Source of the DNA: Elusimicrobiales bacterium
GTDB taxonomy: Bacteria; Elusimicrobiota; Elusimicrobia; Elusimicrobiales; UBA9959
Assembly: GCA_049972095.1 (NCBI GenBank)
Contig: JBMFKQ010000001.1
Location: forward strand, 28,349-92,348
Direction of reading: 5' to 3'
DNA: 64,000 nt
The position numbers were made by a program, and so were the translations under genes. Below are positions 1 to 10,095 of the stretch, in pieces (the stretch's first letter is position 1; each line of letters opens with the position of its first letter). Under the pieces are notes generated by a model. It was not told the DNA's origin, did no database searches, and was given only the letters and a program-made list of their open reading frames with translations.

Positions 1-1
1 T

Positions 2-259
2 CAACCGCTTATCATAACGGTTAGTGACAACACCAAAGGATTAGAAGAGGATCAATTTCCTATCGTTTATAATGTTTCAAGAAGTGGAGCTTCTAAAAAT
101 GTTAGGATAGTTGCTCTTACAGATGCTGGAGAAAAGGAGATATTCAGCGGTATAAAAGACCCCGGCTCAAGAATAGAGATCTCTGTTTCAAAGAAATCTG
201 TTAAGAAGATCAGAATCTATGTAAATGGGATGCTTGTTAATGAAAAAACTGTTAAGTGA
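2..259 (+). CDS. 3' end of a CDS truncated by the window edge; possibly the C-terminus of a PASTA-domain protein
   Basis: Frame 2 is open from base 2 to TGA at 257-259 (QPLIITVSD...KIRIYVNGMLVNEKTVK) and ends 3 nt before rpe. Product is guessed from context only. Confidence 0.5.
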   Translation, partial: QPLIITVSDNTKGLEEDQFPIVYNVSRSGASKNVRIVALTDAGEKEIFSGIKDPGSRIEISVSKKSVKKIRIYVNGMLVNEKTVK

Positions 260-262
260 TTT

Positions 263-931
263 ATGAGATTTCCTGATTTTAATAGCAATTTTATAGTTCC
301 CTCTATACTTTCTGCTGATCTTTCAAATCTTGAGAAAGAGATAAAAAAGGTTGAGAATTATTCTGGTTGGATACAGGTTGATGTAATGGATGGACATTTT
401 GTTAAAAATTTAAGCTTTGGTCCTCATATCACATCATGTTTGAGAAGGATAACACATCTTCCTATTGATGTCCATCTTATGGTTGAAGATCCTGATATGT
501 TTGTTGAAACATTTGCAAATACAGGGGTAAATATTATTAATGTTCATTTTGAATCAAAAACCTTTCTTTCGGCTATAAGGAAGATAAAAAGGATGAAACT
601 TAAAGCTGGCATAGCCATAAACCCAAAAACACCAGTCTCAAAGGTATTTCCTTATTTAAATATGGTTGATATTGTTCTTATTATGACTGTTGAACCAGGA
701 TTTGGTGGTCAGAGTTTTATGTTTGATATGCTTAAAAAGATAAGGAATCTTAGAGAGTATATAACGGCTAAAAATATGAAGAAATATATTCAGGTTGATG
801 GTGGCATAAATGAAGATACGATATTTTATGCTATGAATTCAGGTGCAAATTCTTTTGTTATGGGTTCAGCTATTTTTTCTAAAAAAAATCCATTTTTTAT
901 AAAAAAATTGTATAATTTGATCAACAGATGA
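263..931 (+). CDS. rpe: Ribulose-phosphate 3-epimerase
   Basis: PSILSAD, DVMDGHFV, DVHLM, MTVEPGFGGQ, VDGGI motifs. Confidence 0.97.
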   Translation: MRFPDFNSNFIVPSILSADLSNLEKEIKKVENYSGWIQVDVMDGHFVKNLSFGPHITSCLRRITHLPIDVHLMVEDPDMFVETFANTGVNIINVHFESKTFLSAIRKIKRMKLKAGIAINPKTPVSKVFPYLNMVDIVLIMTVEPGFGGQSFMFDMLKKIRNLREYITAKNMKKYIQVDGGINEDTIFYAMNSGANSFVMGSAIFSKKNPFFIKKLYNLINR

Positions 932-1293
932 AGAAAATACTTGTTGTTGACGATGAGGAGATGATAGTAAAGGTTTTAACTTTAAGGCTTTCTAATGATG
1001 GTTATAAAGTTTTTTCTGCTCTTGATGGTAATGAAGGGCTTGATATAGCAATAAAAGAAAAACCAGATCTTGCGATAATAGATATAGGACTTCCCAAGAT
1101 TGAAGGCACAACTCTTTGTGAAATTCTTAAGAATGATAGAAGAACAGCAGATATAAAGGTTATAATTCTCACAGGTAAAAAACTTGTTGGTGATATGGAG
1201 AAGGCTTTTGAAAAGGGTGCAGATGCTTATGTCTCAAAGCCTTATGAATATTCTCTGCTTCTTTCCAAGATAAAAAAGCTGATTGGAAAATAG
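928..1293 (+). CDS. Single-domain response regulator (REC)
   Basis: ILVVDD, phospho-acceptor IIDIGLP, LT and KP motifs; 121 aa; overlaps the rpe stop. Confidence 0.93.
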   Translation: MKKILVVDDEEMIVKVLTLRLSNDGYKVFSALDGNEGLDIAIKEKPDLAIIDIGLPKIEGTTLCEILKNDRRTADIKVIILTGKKLVGDMEKAFEKGADAYVSKPYEYSLLLSKIKKLIGK

Positions 1294-1313
1294 CATAAGT
1301 CAGTAAGTATTTA

Positions 1314-1322
1314 TGGTATAAT
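1314..1322 (+). promoter_or_regulatory. Extended -10 promoter of the rpsP operon
   Basis: TG-G-TATAAT about 65 nt upstream of rpsP; strong RBS AAGGGAGGA. Confidence 0.6.
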
Positions 1323-1388
1323 ATAATTTAGTTTACTTTGAGGTAGGATATTTGATTAGCAAGCTTATGCTTTTTTAAGGGAGGATAG

Positions 1389-1643
1389 ATGGCTGTTGTT
1401 TTAAGGTTCCAGCGTTATGGAAAAAAGGTTCAGCCAAGTTATAGGATTGTTGCTATAGAGAAAAGAAAAGGACCTAAAGGAAAACCTCTTGAGGTTATAG
1501 GTAGCTATAATCCAAAGGGACAGAAGCTTAGGGATAAAATAAGAGTAGATATTGAGAGATATGAGCACTGGCTTAAGGTTGGGGCAAAACCGAGCCCAAC
1601 TCTTGAAAACCTTGTAAATAAACTTAAGGAGAACAAGGAGTAA
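1389..1643 (+). CDS. rpsP: 30S ribosomal protein S16
   Basis: MAVVLRFQRYGKK..YRIVA..IGSYNP..WLKVGAKPS. Confidence 0.97.
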   Translation: MAVVLRFQRYGKKVQPSYRIVAIEKRKGPKGKPLEVIGSYNPKGQKLRDKIRVDIERYEHWLKVGAKPSPTLENLVNKLKENKE

Positions 1644-1880
1644 ATGGATAGTCTTTTGGCCTATATAATAAAAGGGATATGTGAAAATTACCGTGAACTA
1701 AAATTGATGATGATTGAAGCTGATAATGATATAAGATTTAATATTAGCATACCAAGATCTCTTAGACACAGAATTATTGGGAAAGATGGTAAGGTGATTA
1801 GTTCAATTAGGGATTATCTCAAGGTTGTATCAAGAAAATTTCAAGGCAAAAAAATTTTCATCAATGTTAATGAGATTTGA
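1644..1880 (+). CDS. khpA: KH-domain RNA-binding protein (KhpA/YlqC-like)
   Basis: IIGKDGKVI GxxG loop; 78 aa; canonical position after rpsP. Confidence 0.8.
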   Translation: MDSLLAYIIKGICENYRELKLMMIEADNDIRFNISIPRSLRHRIIGKDGKVISSIRDYLKVVSRKFQGKKIFINVNEI

Positions 1881-2577
1881 TGTTGTAACATTGTTCCCTG
1901 AAATAGTTGATTACCCTTTAAGCTTTAGTATAATTGGAAGGGCGAGAAAGAAAGGGCTTGTGGAGATTGGTTTTGTAAATCCGAAAGAGTTTGCACAAGA
2001 CAAACACAAAACCATTGATGATAAACCTTATGGTGGTGGCAGCGGGATGGTTTTGATTGCTGAGTTTGTGCTGAGGGCTATAAACAAAGTGAGAAGGAAA
2101 AAAAGTTATACTGTTCTCTTAACACCGAGAGGAAGGATATTTAATCAGCAGATAGCAAGGGAATATTCTTTAAAAAAACACATTATTCTTGTGTGTGGGC
2201 ATTATGAGGGAATAGATGATAGAATAAGCTACTTTGTAGATGATGAGATTTCCATAGGTGATTTTGTGTTAAGTGGTGGTGAGATAGCTGCAGCATGTAT
2301 TATTGACTGTGTAACAAGGCTTGTTAGAGGTGTCATAAAGGATGAATCAGTTAATGATGAGAGTTTTTCTTATGGGCTTCTTGAATATCCACAATATACA
2401 AGGCCTCGTGTATGGAGAGGTATTGCTGTGCCTAAGGTTCTTGTAAGTGGTGATCATAGAAGTATAGAGATCTGGCGGTTTAGAAAGGCGTGTCAGATAA
2501 CACAGAAAAGAAGGCCTGAACTCTATCAAAGATATATTCAAGAAAAAAACTTTTTAAAAAGGGGGAGTGATGGATAG
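1870..2577 (+). CDS. trmD: tRNA (guanine-N1)-methyltransferase
   Basis: [46 protein letters not shown]; start moved from 1825 to 1870. Confidence 0.97.
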   Translation: MRFDVVTLFPEIVDYPLSFSIIGRARKKGLVEIGFVNPKEFAQDKHKTIDDKPYGGGSGMVLIAEFVLRAINKVRRKKSYTVLLTPRGRIFNQQIAREYSLKKHIILVCGHYEGIDDRISYFVDDEISIGDFVLSGGEIAAACIIDCVTRLVRGVIKDESVNDESFSYGLLEYPQYTRPRVWRGIAVPKVLVSGDHRSIEIWRFRKACQITQKRRPELYQRYIQEKNFLKRGSDG

Positions 2578-2992
2578 AATAAGAGAAATAATAAAAGATG
2601 AGATAAACACTGCTTTTAATTTCAGAGTTGGAGATATGGTTAGGGTCCATACCAAAGTGGTTGAGGGTGAGACAGAGAGAATTCAGGTTTTTGAAGGTGT
2701 AATAATAGCAATTCGTGGAAGTGGTGTTTCAAAAACATTCACTGTGAGAAAGATATCATATGGTATTGGTGTGGAGAGGATATTCCCAGTAAATTCTCCA
2801 AAAATAAAAGTAGAGCTTGTTAGGTCAAATAAGGTTAGAAGGGCAAAGCTTACATACCTTAGAGATCTTAAAGGAAAGGCTGCAAGGCTTAAGGAGCTTG
2901 GTATGGTTATTCAAGAAAACATTAATGAGACAACTCTTTCTGAGCAGGATAATACATCTCACGATCAAAATTCTAAGCCCTCAAACAAATAA
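2570..2992 (+). CDS. rplS: 50S ribosomal protein L19
   Basis: [42 protein letters not shown]. Confidence 0.97.
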   Translation: MDRIREIIKDEINTAFNFRVGDMVRVHTKVVEGETERIQVFEGVIIAIRGSGVSKTFTVRKISYGIGVERIFPVNSPKIKVELVRSNKVRRAKLTYLRDLKGKAARLKELGMVIQENINETTLSEQDNTSHDQNSKPSNK

Positions 2993-2996
2993 GCTA

Positions 2997-3635
2997 ATGT
3001 TAGCGAATAAAAACTTTGACCTTGATATAATAAAAGCTTACTCGGGAAGAAATCTTATCGGAGTGGATGAGGCAGGCAGAGGTCCTCTTGCTGGGCCAGT
3101 TGTTTCATCTGCTTGTTTAATAAAGGACTATTTAAATCCTCTTATTTTGAAGATAAAAGACAGCAAAGGATTATCCCAATCATCAAGAGAGAGATTGTTT
3201 AGAGAAATTTGTAGTTGTGGTGATATAGTTTTTTCATTTGCATATTCAACAAACACTGAGATAGATGATATTAACATACTTAATGCATCATTGCTTTCAA
3301 TGAAAAGGGCAGTTGAAAGGCTTATTAAAAGATGTGGTTTTCAATATTCTAGTGTTATTCTTATAGTTGATGGAAATAAAAAGATTAAAGGACTTGAACT
3401 TGAGCAGATCTGTGTGGTTAAAGGGGATGAGAAAAGTGCTTGTGTTGGATGTGCAAGTATAATAGCAAAGACTTTAAGGGATAGATGGATGAGTTATTAT
3501 GATAGGCTTTATCCTCAGTATGGTTTTGCAAAGCATAAGGGATATCCGACAAAACTTCATATCAGAAATATAGAAAAATATGGATTAAGCCCACTACACA
3601 GAACCTCATTTGCACCATGTAAGGTTAGGGTGTGA
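2997..3635 (+). CDS. rnhB: Ribonuclease HII
   Basis: GVDEAGRGPLAGPV, DSK, VDG, KGD, HKGYPT; start moved to the ATG just after the rplS stop. Confidence 0.96.
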   Translation: MLANKNFDLDIIKAYSGRNLIGVDEAGRGPLAGPVVSSACLIKDYLNPLILKIKDSKGLSQSSRERLFREICSCGDIVFSFAYSTNTEIDDINILNASLLSMKRAVERLIKRCGFQYSSVILIVDGNKKIKGLELEQICVVKGDEKSACVGCASIIAKTLRDRWMSYYDRLYPQYGFAKHKGYPTKLHIRNIEKYGLSPLHRTSFAPCKVRV

Positions 3636-3637
3636 TA

Positions 3638-4006
3638 ATGAATAAAAAGGGTAGAGATTATGAGGATATGGCTTGTGAGTATCTTGTTAAAAAGGGCTTT
3701 AAGATAATTGATAAGAATTTTAATGTTCCACAGATTGGCGAGATAGATATAATCGCAAGGGATGGCAGTTGTATTGTTTTTGTTGAGGTTAGGGCAAGAA
3801 AAAAAGCATATTATCGGCCATATGAAACAGTTGATTTCAAAAAGATATCAAGAATAATAAAAGCATCTATTTTTTATTTAAAAAAAAATTCAATCGACTC
3901 AACGCCTGTAAGATACGATGTAATCTCCATTGAAGAAGCTGATGATAGATTTGAGATTGAACATTTTGAAGGGGCATTTGAAAGTGATGGAAGATATACT
4001 TTATAA
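3638..4006 (+). CDS. YraN family (UPF0102) putative endonuclease
   Basis: GEIDIIARD..VFVEV, RYDVI; usual position after rnhB. Confidence 0.9.
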   Translation: MNKKGRDYEDMACEYLVKKGFKIIDKNFNVPQIGEIDIIARDGSCIVFVEVRARKKAYYRPYETVDFKKISRIIKASIFYLKKNSIDSTPVRYDVISIEEADDRFEIEHFEGAFESDGRYTL

Positions 4007-4024
4007 GACCAGGGGAGGCGATTT

Positions 4025-4861
4025 ATGGAAGGCGAAAAGATGTATAAGAAGATTGTTGAGACAGCTGATTTTATTAAGAGAAAAATTGGTGATATAAAAC
4101 CTAACTATCTTGTTATTATGGGAAGTGGGCTTAAAGATGCAATTCCAGAGCTTGAGGATATAAAAACGCTTTCTTATTCCGAAATTCCTAACTTTCCCCT
4201 TCCAAGCGTAAAAGGACATATTGGCGAGCTGATATATGGCAGATTCAAAGATAGAAATCTTGTTATTATGCGTGGAAGGTTTCATTATTATGAGGGATAT
4301 TCAATAACCTTTTTATCTTTTCCCATAAGGCTTTTTAACTATCTTGGCGTCACAAAGCTTTTAGTAACAGCCGCTGTTGGTTCTCTTAAAAGGAGTATTA
4401 AACCCGGTGACATAATTATACTTTCAGATCATATAAATCTTATGAACACAAATCCGCTTATAGGAAACTATCATGAAAAGTTTGGTGAGATGTTTGTTGA
4501 TATGTCAGAACCATACAAAAAAGCAGCAATAAAAGAGATTGAAGATATTATGAAAAAGAGGAAAATGAGAGTAAAAAAGGGGGTTTATGTTGCTGTTAGT
4601 GGTCCATGTTATGAAACGGAGGCTGAGGCAAGGATGTATAGGATGATAGGTGGAGATGTAATTGGGATGTCTGTTGTTCCGGAGGTTATAAGTGCAAGAC
4701 AGCTTAGAATGGATGTTTTTGGTGTTTGCTGGGTTTCAAACTATGTAGCTGGTATAGGGAATATGGCAATATCTCATGATGATGTCATAAAAATGGGTAA
4801 TGAAGTTGGTAAAAAGATAAAGCTGATAATAGAGACTGTTATATTATGTGATAGGTTTTGA
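4025..4861 (+). CDS. punA: Purine-nucleoside phosphorylase (trimeric type)
   Basis: MGSGL, GHIG, GRFHYYEG, GPCYETEAE, GMSVVPE, VSN. Confidence 0.93.
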   Translation: MEGEKMYKKIVETADFIKRKIGDIKPNYLVIMGSGLKDAIPELEDIKTLSYSEIPNFPLPSVKGHIGELIYGRFKDRNLVIMRGRFHYYEGYSITFLSFPIRLFNYLGVTKLLVTAAVGSLKRSIKPGDIIILSDHINLMNTNPLIGNYHEKFGEMFVDMSEPYKKAAIKEIEDIMKKRKMRVKKGVYVAVSGPCYETEAEARMYRMIGGDVIGMSVVPEVISARQLRMDVFGVCWVSNYVAGIGNMAISHDDVIKMGNEVGKKIKLIIETVILCDRF

Positions 4862-4873
4862 GATGGAGCTTTT

Positions 4874-6184
4874 ATGAGGATCTTTGATATACTTATAAAA
4901 AAAAGGGATGGCAAACCACTTAATTATGATGATTTCAAGTTCATAGCTGAGGGTGCAAAGAATTCAACAATTCCTGATTATCAGCTTTCGGCATTTCTTA
5001 TGGCTGCTTTTATAAACGGCCTTGATGAAAGAGAAACATCATATCTTACAAAGGCAATGGCTTTTTCAGGTAAGAGGCTTGATCTTAGATCAATAAAAAA
5101 GCCAAAGGTTGATAAACACTCAACAGGTGGGGTTGGTGATGGTATATCACTTGCACTCGCTCCGATTGTTGCTTCATGTGGTATTTGTGTGCCGATGATG
5201 AGTGGAAGGGGGCTTGGGCATACTGGCGGAACTCTTGATAAACTTGAGTCAATAGCTGGTTTTAGGGTTAATCTTTCTTATTCTCATATACTTAGACAGC
5301 TTAAAGCAATAGGTCTGTGTATGTTTGGTCAGACATCTGAGCTTGCTCCTGCAGATAGAAGGTTGTATGCTTTGAGGGATGTCACAAGGACTGTTGAGTC
5401 AATACCTCTTATAGTTGCAAGTATCCTATCAAAAAAGTATGCTGAAGATATTGATGCTCTTGTTTTGGATGTTAAATTTGGCTCAGGTGCTTTTATGAAG
5501 GAGTATAGAAAAGCAAAAGAGCTTGCAATTCATCTTGTAAAAACTGCGAGAATGCTTGGGATAAAAGCAGTGGCTTTGATGAGTGATATGAATTATCCTA
5601 TTGGAAGGGCAGTTGGAAACGCAATTGAAATGGAGCAGGCTATAAGGATACTCAAGGGTGAGCATATAGCAGATGATTTTGAAGAGCTTCTTTATACCCT
5701 TGCAGGCTATATGATATATTTGGCTAAAAAGGCAAAGAGCGTTAGTATGGGAATTGATATGGCTATTTCATCTGTTAAAAGTGGTAAAGCGCTTGAAAAA
5801 TTTAGGCAGATGGTTAAGTGGCAGATGGGTGATACAAGGGTTTGTGATAACCCATCAACATTTCTCCCAAAGGGAAGAATAGTATCTTATGTAAGGGCTA
5901 AACCTAACGGATATATAGAAAGGCTTGATGCTAAAGGTGTTGGTGTTGCATCATTATCTCTTGGTGTTGGAAGGTTAAAGGCCGAGGATAGTGTGGAGTA
6001 TTCTGCAGGTATATGGTTTAATAAAAAATATGGTGATTATGTGAAAAGCGGTGATATAATAGCAACCATTTATGGCTCTGATCTCAGAAAGGTTAATGAG
6101 TGTAAGACTCTTATAGAAGCTTCAATCTCTGTTGGTAAAAAAAGGCCACCAAGATTTAGGCTTATAGGTGATATAATTTATTAA
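4874..6184 (+). CDS. pdp: Pyrimidine-nucleoside/thymidine phosphorylase
   Basis: DKHSTGGVGD, SGRGLGHTGGTLDKLESI, YALRDVT, SILSKK. Confidence 0.95.
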   Translation: MRIFDILIKKRDGKPLNYDDFKFIAEGAKNSTIPDYQLSAFLMAAFINGLDERETSYLTKAMAFSGKRLDLRSIKKPKVDKHSTGGVGDGISLALAPIVASCGICVPMMSGRGLGHTGGTLDKLESIAGFRVNLSYSHILRQLKAIGLCMFGQTSELAPADRRLYALRDVTRTVESIPLIVASILSKKYAEDIDALVLDVKFGSGAFMKEYRKAKELAIHLVKTARMLGIKAVALMSDMNYPIGRAVGNAIEMEQAIRILKGEHIADDFEELLYTLAGYMIYLAKKAKSVSMGIDMAISSVKSGKALEKFRQMVKWQMGDTRVCDNPSTFLPKGRIVSYVRAKPNGYIERLDAKGVGVASLSLGVGRLKAEDSVEYSAGIWFNKKYGDYVKSGDIIATIYGSDLRKVNECKTLIEASISVGKKRPPRFRLIGDIIY

Positions 6185-6195
6185 AAGGAGTTTTT

Positions 6196-6816
6196 ATGCT
6201 TTATGTCTCATCTCATCCTCTTGTAATGGATAAGATAAAAACGCTTAGAGATAAAAAAACATCACCTAATGTTTTTAAAAGAACTATGAAAGAGCTTACA
6301 ATTCTTTTAGGATATGAGGTTACATCGAATTTTCCAACAAAAGAGGTTAGCGTGAAAACACCTCTTGATATTGCAAAGGCAAGAGTCGTTTCAAAGGAGA
6401 TAACGATTGTTGGAATTTTAAGAGCTGGTTTAGCAATGATGGATGGTCTTTGTGAAATAATACCTTCTGCGAGACTTGCTCACATAGGTATCTATCGTGA
6501 TGAGAAAACCCTTAGGCCTGTTAAGTACTATCTTAAGCTCCCCTCCAAGCTGAATGAAGGTATAGTTATAATTGTAGATCCTATGCTTGCGACCGGTGGT
6601 TCAGCTGTTGAGGCTATAAACATAGTTAAATCTCACGGCTCAAAATTAATATATTTTGTCTGTGCTATATCAGCTGAGTGTGGTATTAAGTTTGTAGAGA
6701 AGCATCACCCTGATGTGAAAATATACACTGGGTGTGTTGATAAAAGGCTCAACTCCAATGGATATATACTTCCTGGGCTTGGAGATGCAGGTGACAGGAT
6801 GTTTGGAACATTTTAG
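6196..6816 (+). CDS. upp: Uracil phosphoribosyltransferase
   Basis: ILRAG, DPMLATGGS, YILPGLGDAGDRMFGT. Confidence 0.97.
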   Translation: MLYVSSHPLVMDKIKTLRDKKTSPNVFKRTMKELTILLGYEVTSNFPTKEVSVKTPLDIAKARVVSKEITIVGILRAGLAMMDGLCEIIPSARLAHIGIYRDEKTLRPVKYYLKLPSKLNEGIVIIVDPMLATGGSAVEAINIVKSHGSKLIYFVCAISAECGIKFVEKHHPDVKIYTGCVDKRLNSNGYILPGLGDAGDRMFGTF

Positions 6817-6830
6817 CTGTTTAGTCTTAA

Positions 6831-6865
6831 AAGATTTACAAATTCAGAATCATATTTGTAATCTT
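6831..6865 (+). terminator. AT-rich inverted repeat after upp (possible terminator or operator)
   Basis: AAGATTTACAAAT-N10-ATTTGTAATCTT with one bulge; weak stem. Confidence 0.35.
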
Positions 6866-6959
6866 ATCCTTGCATCTACTTTATAATTTTCCTTTCCTTG
6901 AACTTTTAATAAGATTGTGCAACAAAAGATTTTTTTTAAAATTTGCTAAACTGATTTAT

Positions 6960-8399
6960 ATGTTTGTAGAGATTAGAAGACTTGGCTATGAAAGCGTAAT
7001 CTATGGAATATCAACGGTTTTTACAAGGCTTATAAACTTCTTACTTGTTCCCCTCTATACTCATTATCTTCGCCCGGATGATTATGGGAGAATTGCAGCT
7101 GTTTTCTCACTTATAGCTTTTCTTAATGTCTTTTATACTCTTGGTCTTAATCAGGGATATATGAGATTTAAAAATAAAGAGAATCTATCAAGAATAATCA
7201 GCTTTCTTTCACTGTGGGGTTTTGGGCTATCTTTTGGTGTTATGGTTATGAACAATTTTTTCTCAGCTATAAGTGGTATTGAAAAGGATTATTCAAGACT
7301 TATCTTTTATGCTGCTTTGATAGTTTATCTTGATATGCTTGTGGCCATTCCTCTTGCTGATCTTAGAATGGAGCACAAGGCATATTTTTTTGTTGCTGTG
7401 AGATCTTTTTCTATAGTTTTAAATGTTATACTCAACTTTTTATTTCTCAGATATACTGGTTATGGTATTGATGGAGTTTTTTATGCAGCTATTTTATCAT
7501 CACTTTCTCAAGTTGTTTTTCTTAAAGATTATCTTAAGCTCTTTACAATTAGGTTTAGTTTCTCATCAATGAAGGAGATATTCTTGTATTCACTTCCTTA
7601 TGTTCCATCATCTCTTAGTTCTGTTATTATTCAGCTTATAGACAGACCCATAATGATGCATTTTCTCTCCCCTTACTTTGTCGGACTTTATCAAGCAAAT
7701 TTTCGCCTTGCTGTCTTTATGAATCTGATTGTTTCAATGTTTGATTTTGCATGGAGACCGTTTGTTATAGAAAGGGCTGAAAAAAGGGATTCTGTTTTGA
7801 TTTTCAAAAAGGTTTTTGAGTATTTTTCTTTTGTTGTTATATATTTTTTTCTTATTATATCAGTTTTGATAAAGAGCATAATAACCATACCTATTGGAAA
7901 CACATATTTAATAAATCCAAACTACTGGTCTGCCAGCGATGTAATCCCAATTGTTATGATTGGCTATATCTTTCTTGGTTTCTATATATGTTTTATGGCA
8001 TCAACTATAATAACGAAAAAGACTTTCTATTCAATGAATGCAAATTTGATCTCATCCTTGATTTCTGTAATTCTCAACTTTTTGCTTATTCCCATTTACG
8101 GTATTTATGGTGCAGCCTATTCATTTGTTGCCTCAAATTTCATGCTTGCAGCATATATGTATTTTACCGGGGAGAGGATAATGAGAATTGGATACCCAAT
8201 TTTTAAGGTGGCTATTCTTTTCATCTCAACAGTTTTACTCTATATAGTTATTGATAGATTGTCATATGGTTGCAGAGGGTTACAGATAAAGGTTTTTGCT
8301 ATTCTTATCTGGCCATTTTTAGTTGGTGCTTTTGGCTATTTTGAGAAAAATGATGTTGAGCATCTTAAAAATTGGCTTAGGAAAAAGATATTTGGTTGA
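6960..8399 (+). CDS. Wzx-like oligosaccharide flippase (MOP superfamily)
   Basis: Many TM helices; FLLVPLYTHYL..DYG, IDR, VGLYQ, LNFLLIP.YGIYGAA; start moved from 6870. Confidence 0.85.
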   Translation: MFVEIRRLGYESVIYGISTVFTRLINFLLVPLYTHYLRPDDYGRIAAVFSLIAFLNVFYTLGLNQGYMRFKNKENLSRIISFLSLWGFGLSFGVMVMNNFFSAISGIEKDYSRLIFYAALIVYLDMLVAIPLADLRMEHKAYFFVAVRSFSIVLNVILNFLFLRYTGYGIDGVFYAAILSSLSQVVFLKDYLKLFTIRFSFSSMKEIFLYSLPYVPSSLSSVIIQLIDRPIMMHFLSPYFVGLYQANFRLAVFMNLIVSMFDFAWRPFVIERAEKRDSVLIFKKVFEYFSFVVIYFFLIISVLIKSIITIPIGNTYLINPNYWSASDVIPIVMIGYIFLGFYICFMASTIITKKTFYSMNANLISSLISVILNFLLIPIYGIYGAAYSFVASNFMLAAYMYFTGERIMRIGYPIFKVAILFISTVLLYIVIDRLSYGCRGLQIKVFAILIWPFLVGAFGYFEKNDVEHLKNWLRKKIFG

Positions 8400-9167
8400 T
8401 TATTTCTGGATATCCATTTTTTCAAAGGCTTTTATTGTTAAAAGGGATGTCGCTAAAATCCATAGAATAATCACATATATAGATGTGATTGGGTTGAATG
8501 CACTGTATCCTATCGCAATTTTCCTTAAGAGATCTACAAAGTAGGTTAATGGATTTATAATAGCAATTGCTTTTATTAATCTGGATGTGGAGCGTATGTC
8601 AAAAAGAGCATTTGAAAAAAGAAACATAGGCCAGGCAACAAGACTCATAATAAGAGCAAAGCCTTCCATAGTTTTCATCAAAGCACCTATGGTAAGACCA
8701 ATGGATGTTGTTATAATACCACAGGCAAAGGATATAATCACAATAAGTATGTTTTGATAGATTGAGAGTTTTAATACAAATATATTTCCCGCAATTAATA
8801 TTACAAGCATTTCAATAACAGCTCCTATAATTCCGCCAAGAACTTTACCGAAAAATAGTGATGTCCTTGATATTGGTGCTACAAGAACCTCTTTTAGAAA
8901 ATCAAGTCTTTTATCCCATATTAGATATAGACCGTATCTTATTGTTGTGAAGAGAATGTTCATTGCAATTATACCTGCAAATATATACTGCTGATATGTA
9001 TATCCATTTATCACATAGTTTATGTTGATTGACCTGCCTATTACGAAAAGAAAAAGCAGTGGTGATATGACTGATGATAACAGCCTTTCCTTTTCTCTAA
9101 AAAAAACTATAATCTCTCTTAAGACTATTGCTTTTATACCATTAATCTGAATAAGATTTTTCATCAA
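8400..9167 (-). CDS. ABC-2 type exporter permease
   Basis: About 6 TM; LKEVLVAPISR..GK, NPLTY. Confidence 0.9.
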   Translation of the reverse strand: MMKNLIQINGIKAIVLREIIVFFREKERLLSSVISPLLFLFVIGRSININYVINGYTYQQYIFAGIIAMNILFTTIRYGLYLIWDKRLDFLKEVLVAPISRTSLFFGKVLGGIIGAVIEMLVILIAGNIFVLKLSIYQNILIVIISFACGIITTSIGLTIGALMKTMEGFALIMSLVAWPMFLFSNALFDIRSTSRLIKAIAIINPLTYFVDLLRKIAIGYSAFNPITSIYVIILWILATSLLTIKAFEKMDIQK

Positions 9168-10077
9168 GCTCTTCTATCTTCTTACCTGTTATACTTAAAA
9201 ACACATCTTCAAGTGATGTTTTTTTAATCTCCATATCCTCTATTTTTCTTATACACAAAAGTATATCTGATAGATGTGATGTTATTTCTTTTGTGGTTAT
9301 TGTAAGATATCCATCTGAAACTCTGATTTTTTTATCAAAATTGAGTTTTTCTATTTTTTCAATCTCAAACTCACCTTTTATCTTAAGTATTTCATCACCA
9401 AGCTTTTTTTTGAGATTATATGGTGTGTCAAGCTCTATTATTCTGCCTTTGTTTATTATTGCAATTCTATTACTTAGTGCATCTGCTTCTTCAAGATAGT
9501 GGGTTGTAAGTATAATGGTTACTGCATGTTTGTTTTTTATATCTAATATGTAGTTCCATATCTCTCTTCTTGATATAGGATCAAGTCCCAGTGTCGGTTC
9601 GTCAAGGAAGAGGATTGTTGGTATGTGAAGTATTCCCCTTGCTATTTCAAGCCTTCTTTTCATCCCACCTGAAAATGTTTTGACAATATCCTTTTTTCTA
9701 TCACCTAATCCTACAATATCAAGCATCTCAGATACTCTTTTTTTTAGTTCTTTTCCCTTCATTCCATATAACATTGCATGAAGTGTCAGGTTTTCTTCGG
9801 CAGTTAGAAGATCATCAAGTGATGGTTCCTGAAAGACTATTCCAATCTCCCTTCTAACATCAAGAGATTGTTTTATTATATCATATCCACATACCCTTGC
9901 TATTCCAGATGATGGTTTAATGATTGTGGTTAGAATACTTATTAGTGTTGTTTTGCCTGCACCGTTTGGTCCTAAAAGAGAAAAAACCTCACCTTTCTCT
10001 ATATTTAAGTTTATATTATCAACAGCCTTTATTTTACCAAAGTATTTGGATAACGAGTATATCTCAACAACAGACAT
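9142..10077 (-). CDS. ABC exporter ATP-binding protein (DrrA-like)
   Basis: GPNGAGKT, FSGGMKRR, LFLDEPTLGLD, TTHY. Confidence 0.95.
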   Translation of the reverse strand: MSVVEIYSLSKYFGKIKAVDNINLNIEKGEVFSLLGPNGAGKTTLISILTTIIKPSSGIARVCGYDIIKQSLDVRREIGIVFQEPSLDDLLTAEENLTLHAMLYGMKGKELKKRVSEMLDIVGLGDRKKDIVKTFSGGMKRRLEIARGILHIPTILFLDEPTLGLDPISRREIWNYILDIKNKHAVTIILTTHYLEEADALSNRIAIINKGRIIELDTPYNLKKKLGDEILKIKGEFEIEKIEKLNFDKKIRVSDGYLTITTKEITSHLSDILLCIRKIEDMEIKKTSLEDVFLSITGKKIEELDEKSYSD

Positions 10078-10095
10078 ATTTTCATTTTTTAAAAT

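Noticed and set aside
1292..1371. 8-bp inverted repeat AGCATAAG...CTTATGCT around the rpsP promoter
   Set aside because: Short, AT-rich and 64 nt apart; the left arm lies upstream of the predicted transcription start
2817..2996. N-terminal extension of rnhB overlapping rplS (similar extensions on trmD, flippase, cutA, rpsO)
   Set aside because: Longest-ORF artefacts; family similarity begins at the downstream ATG
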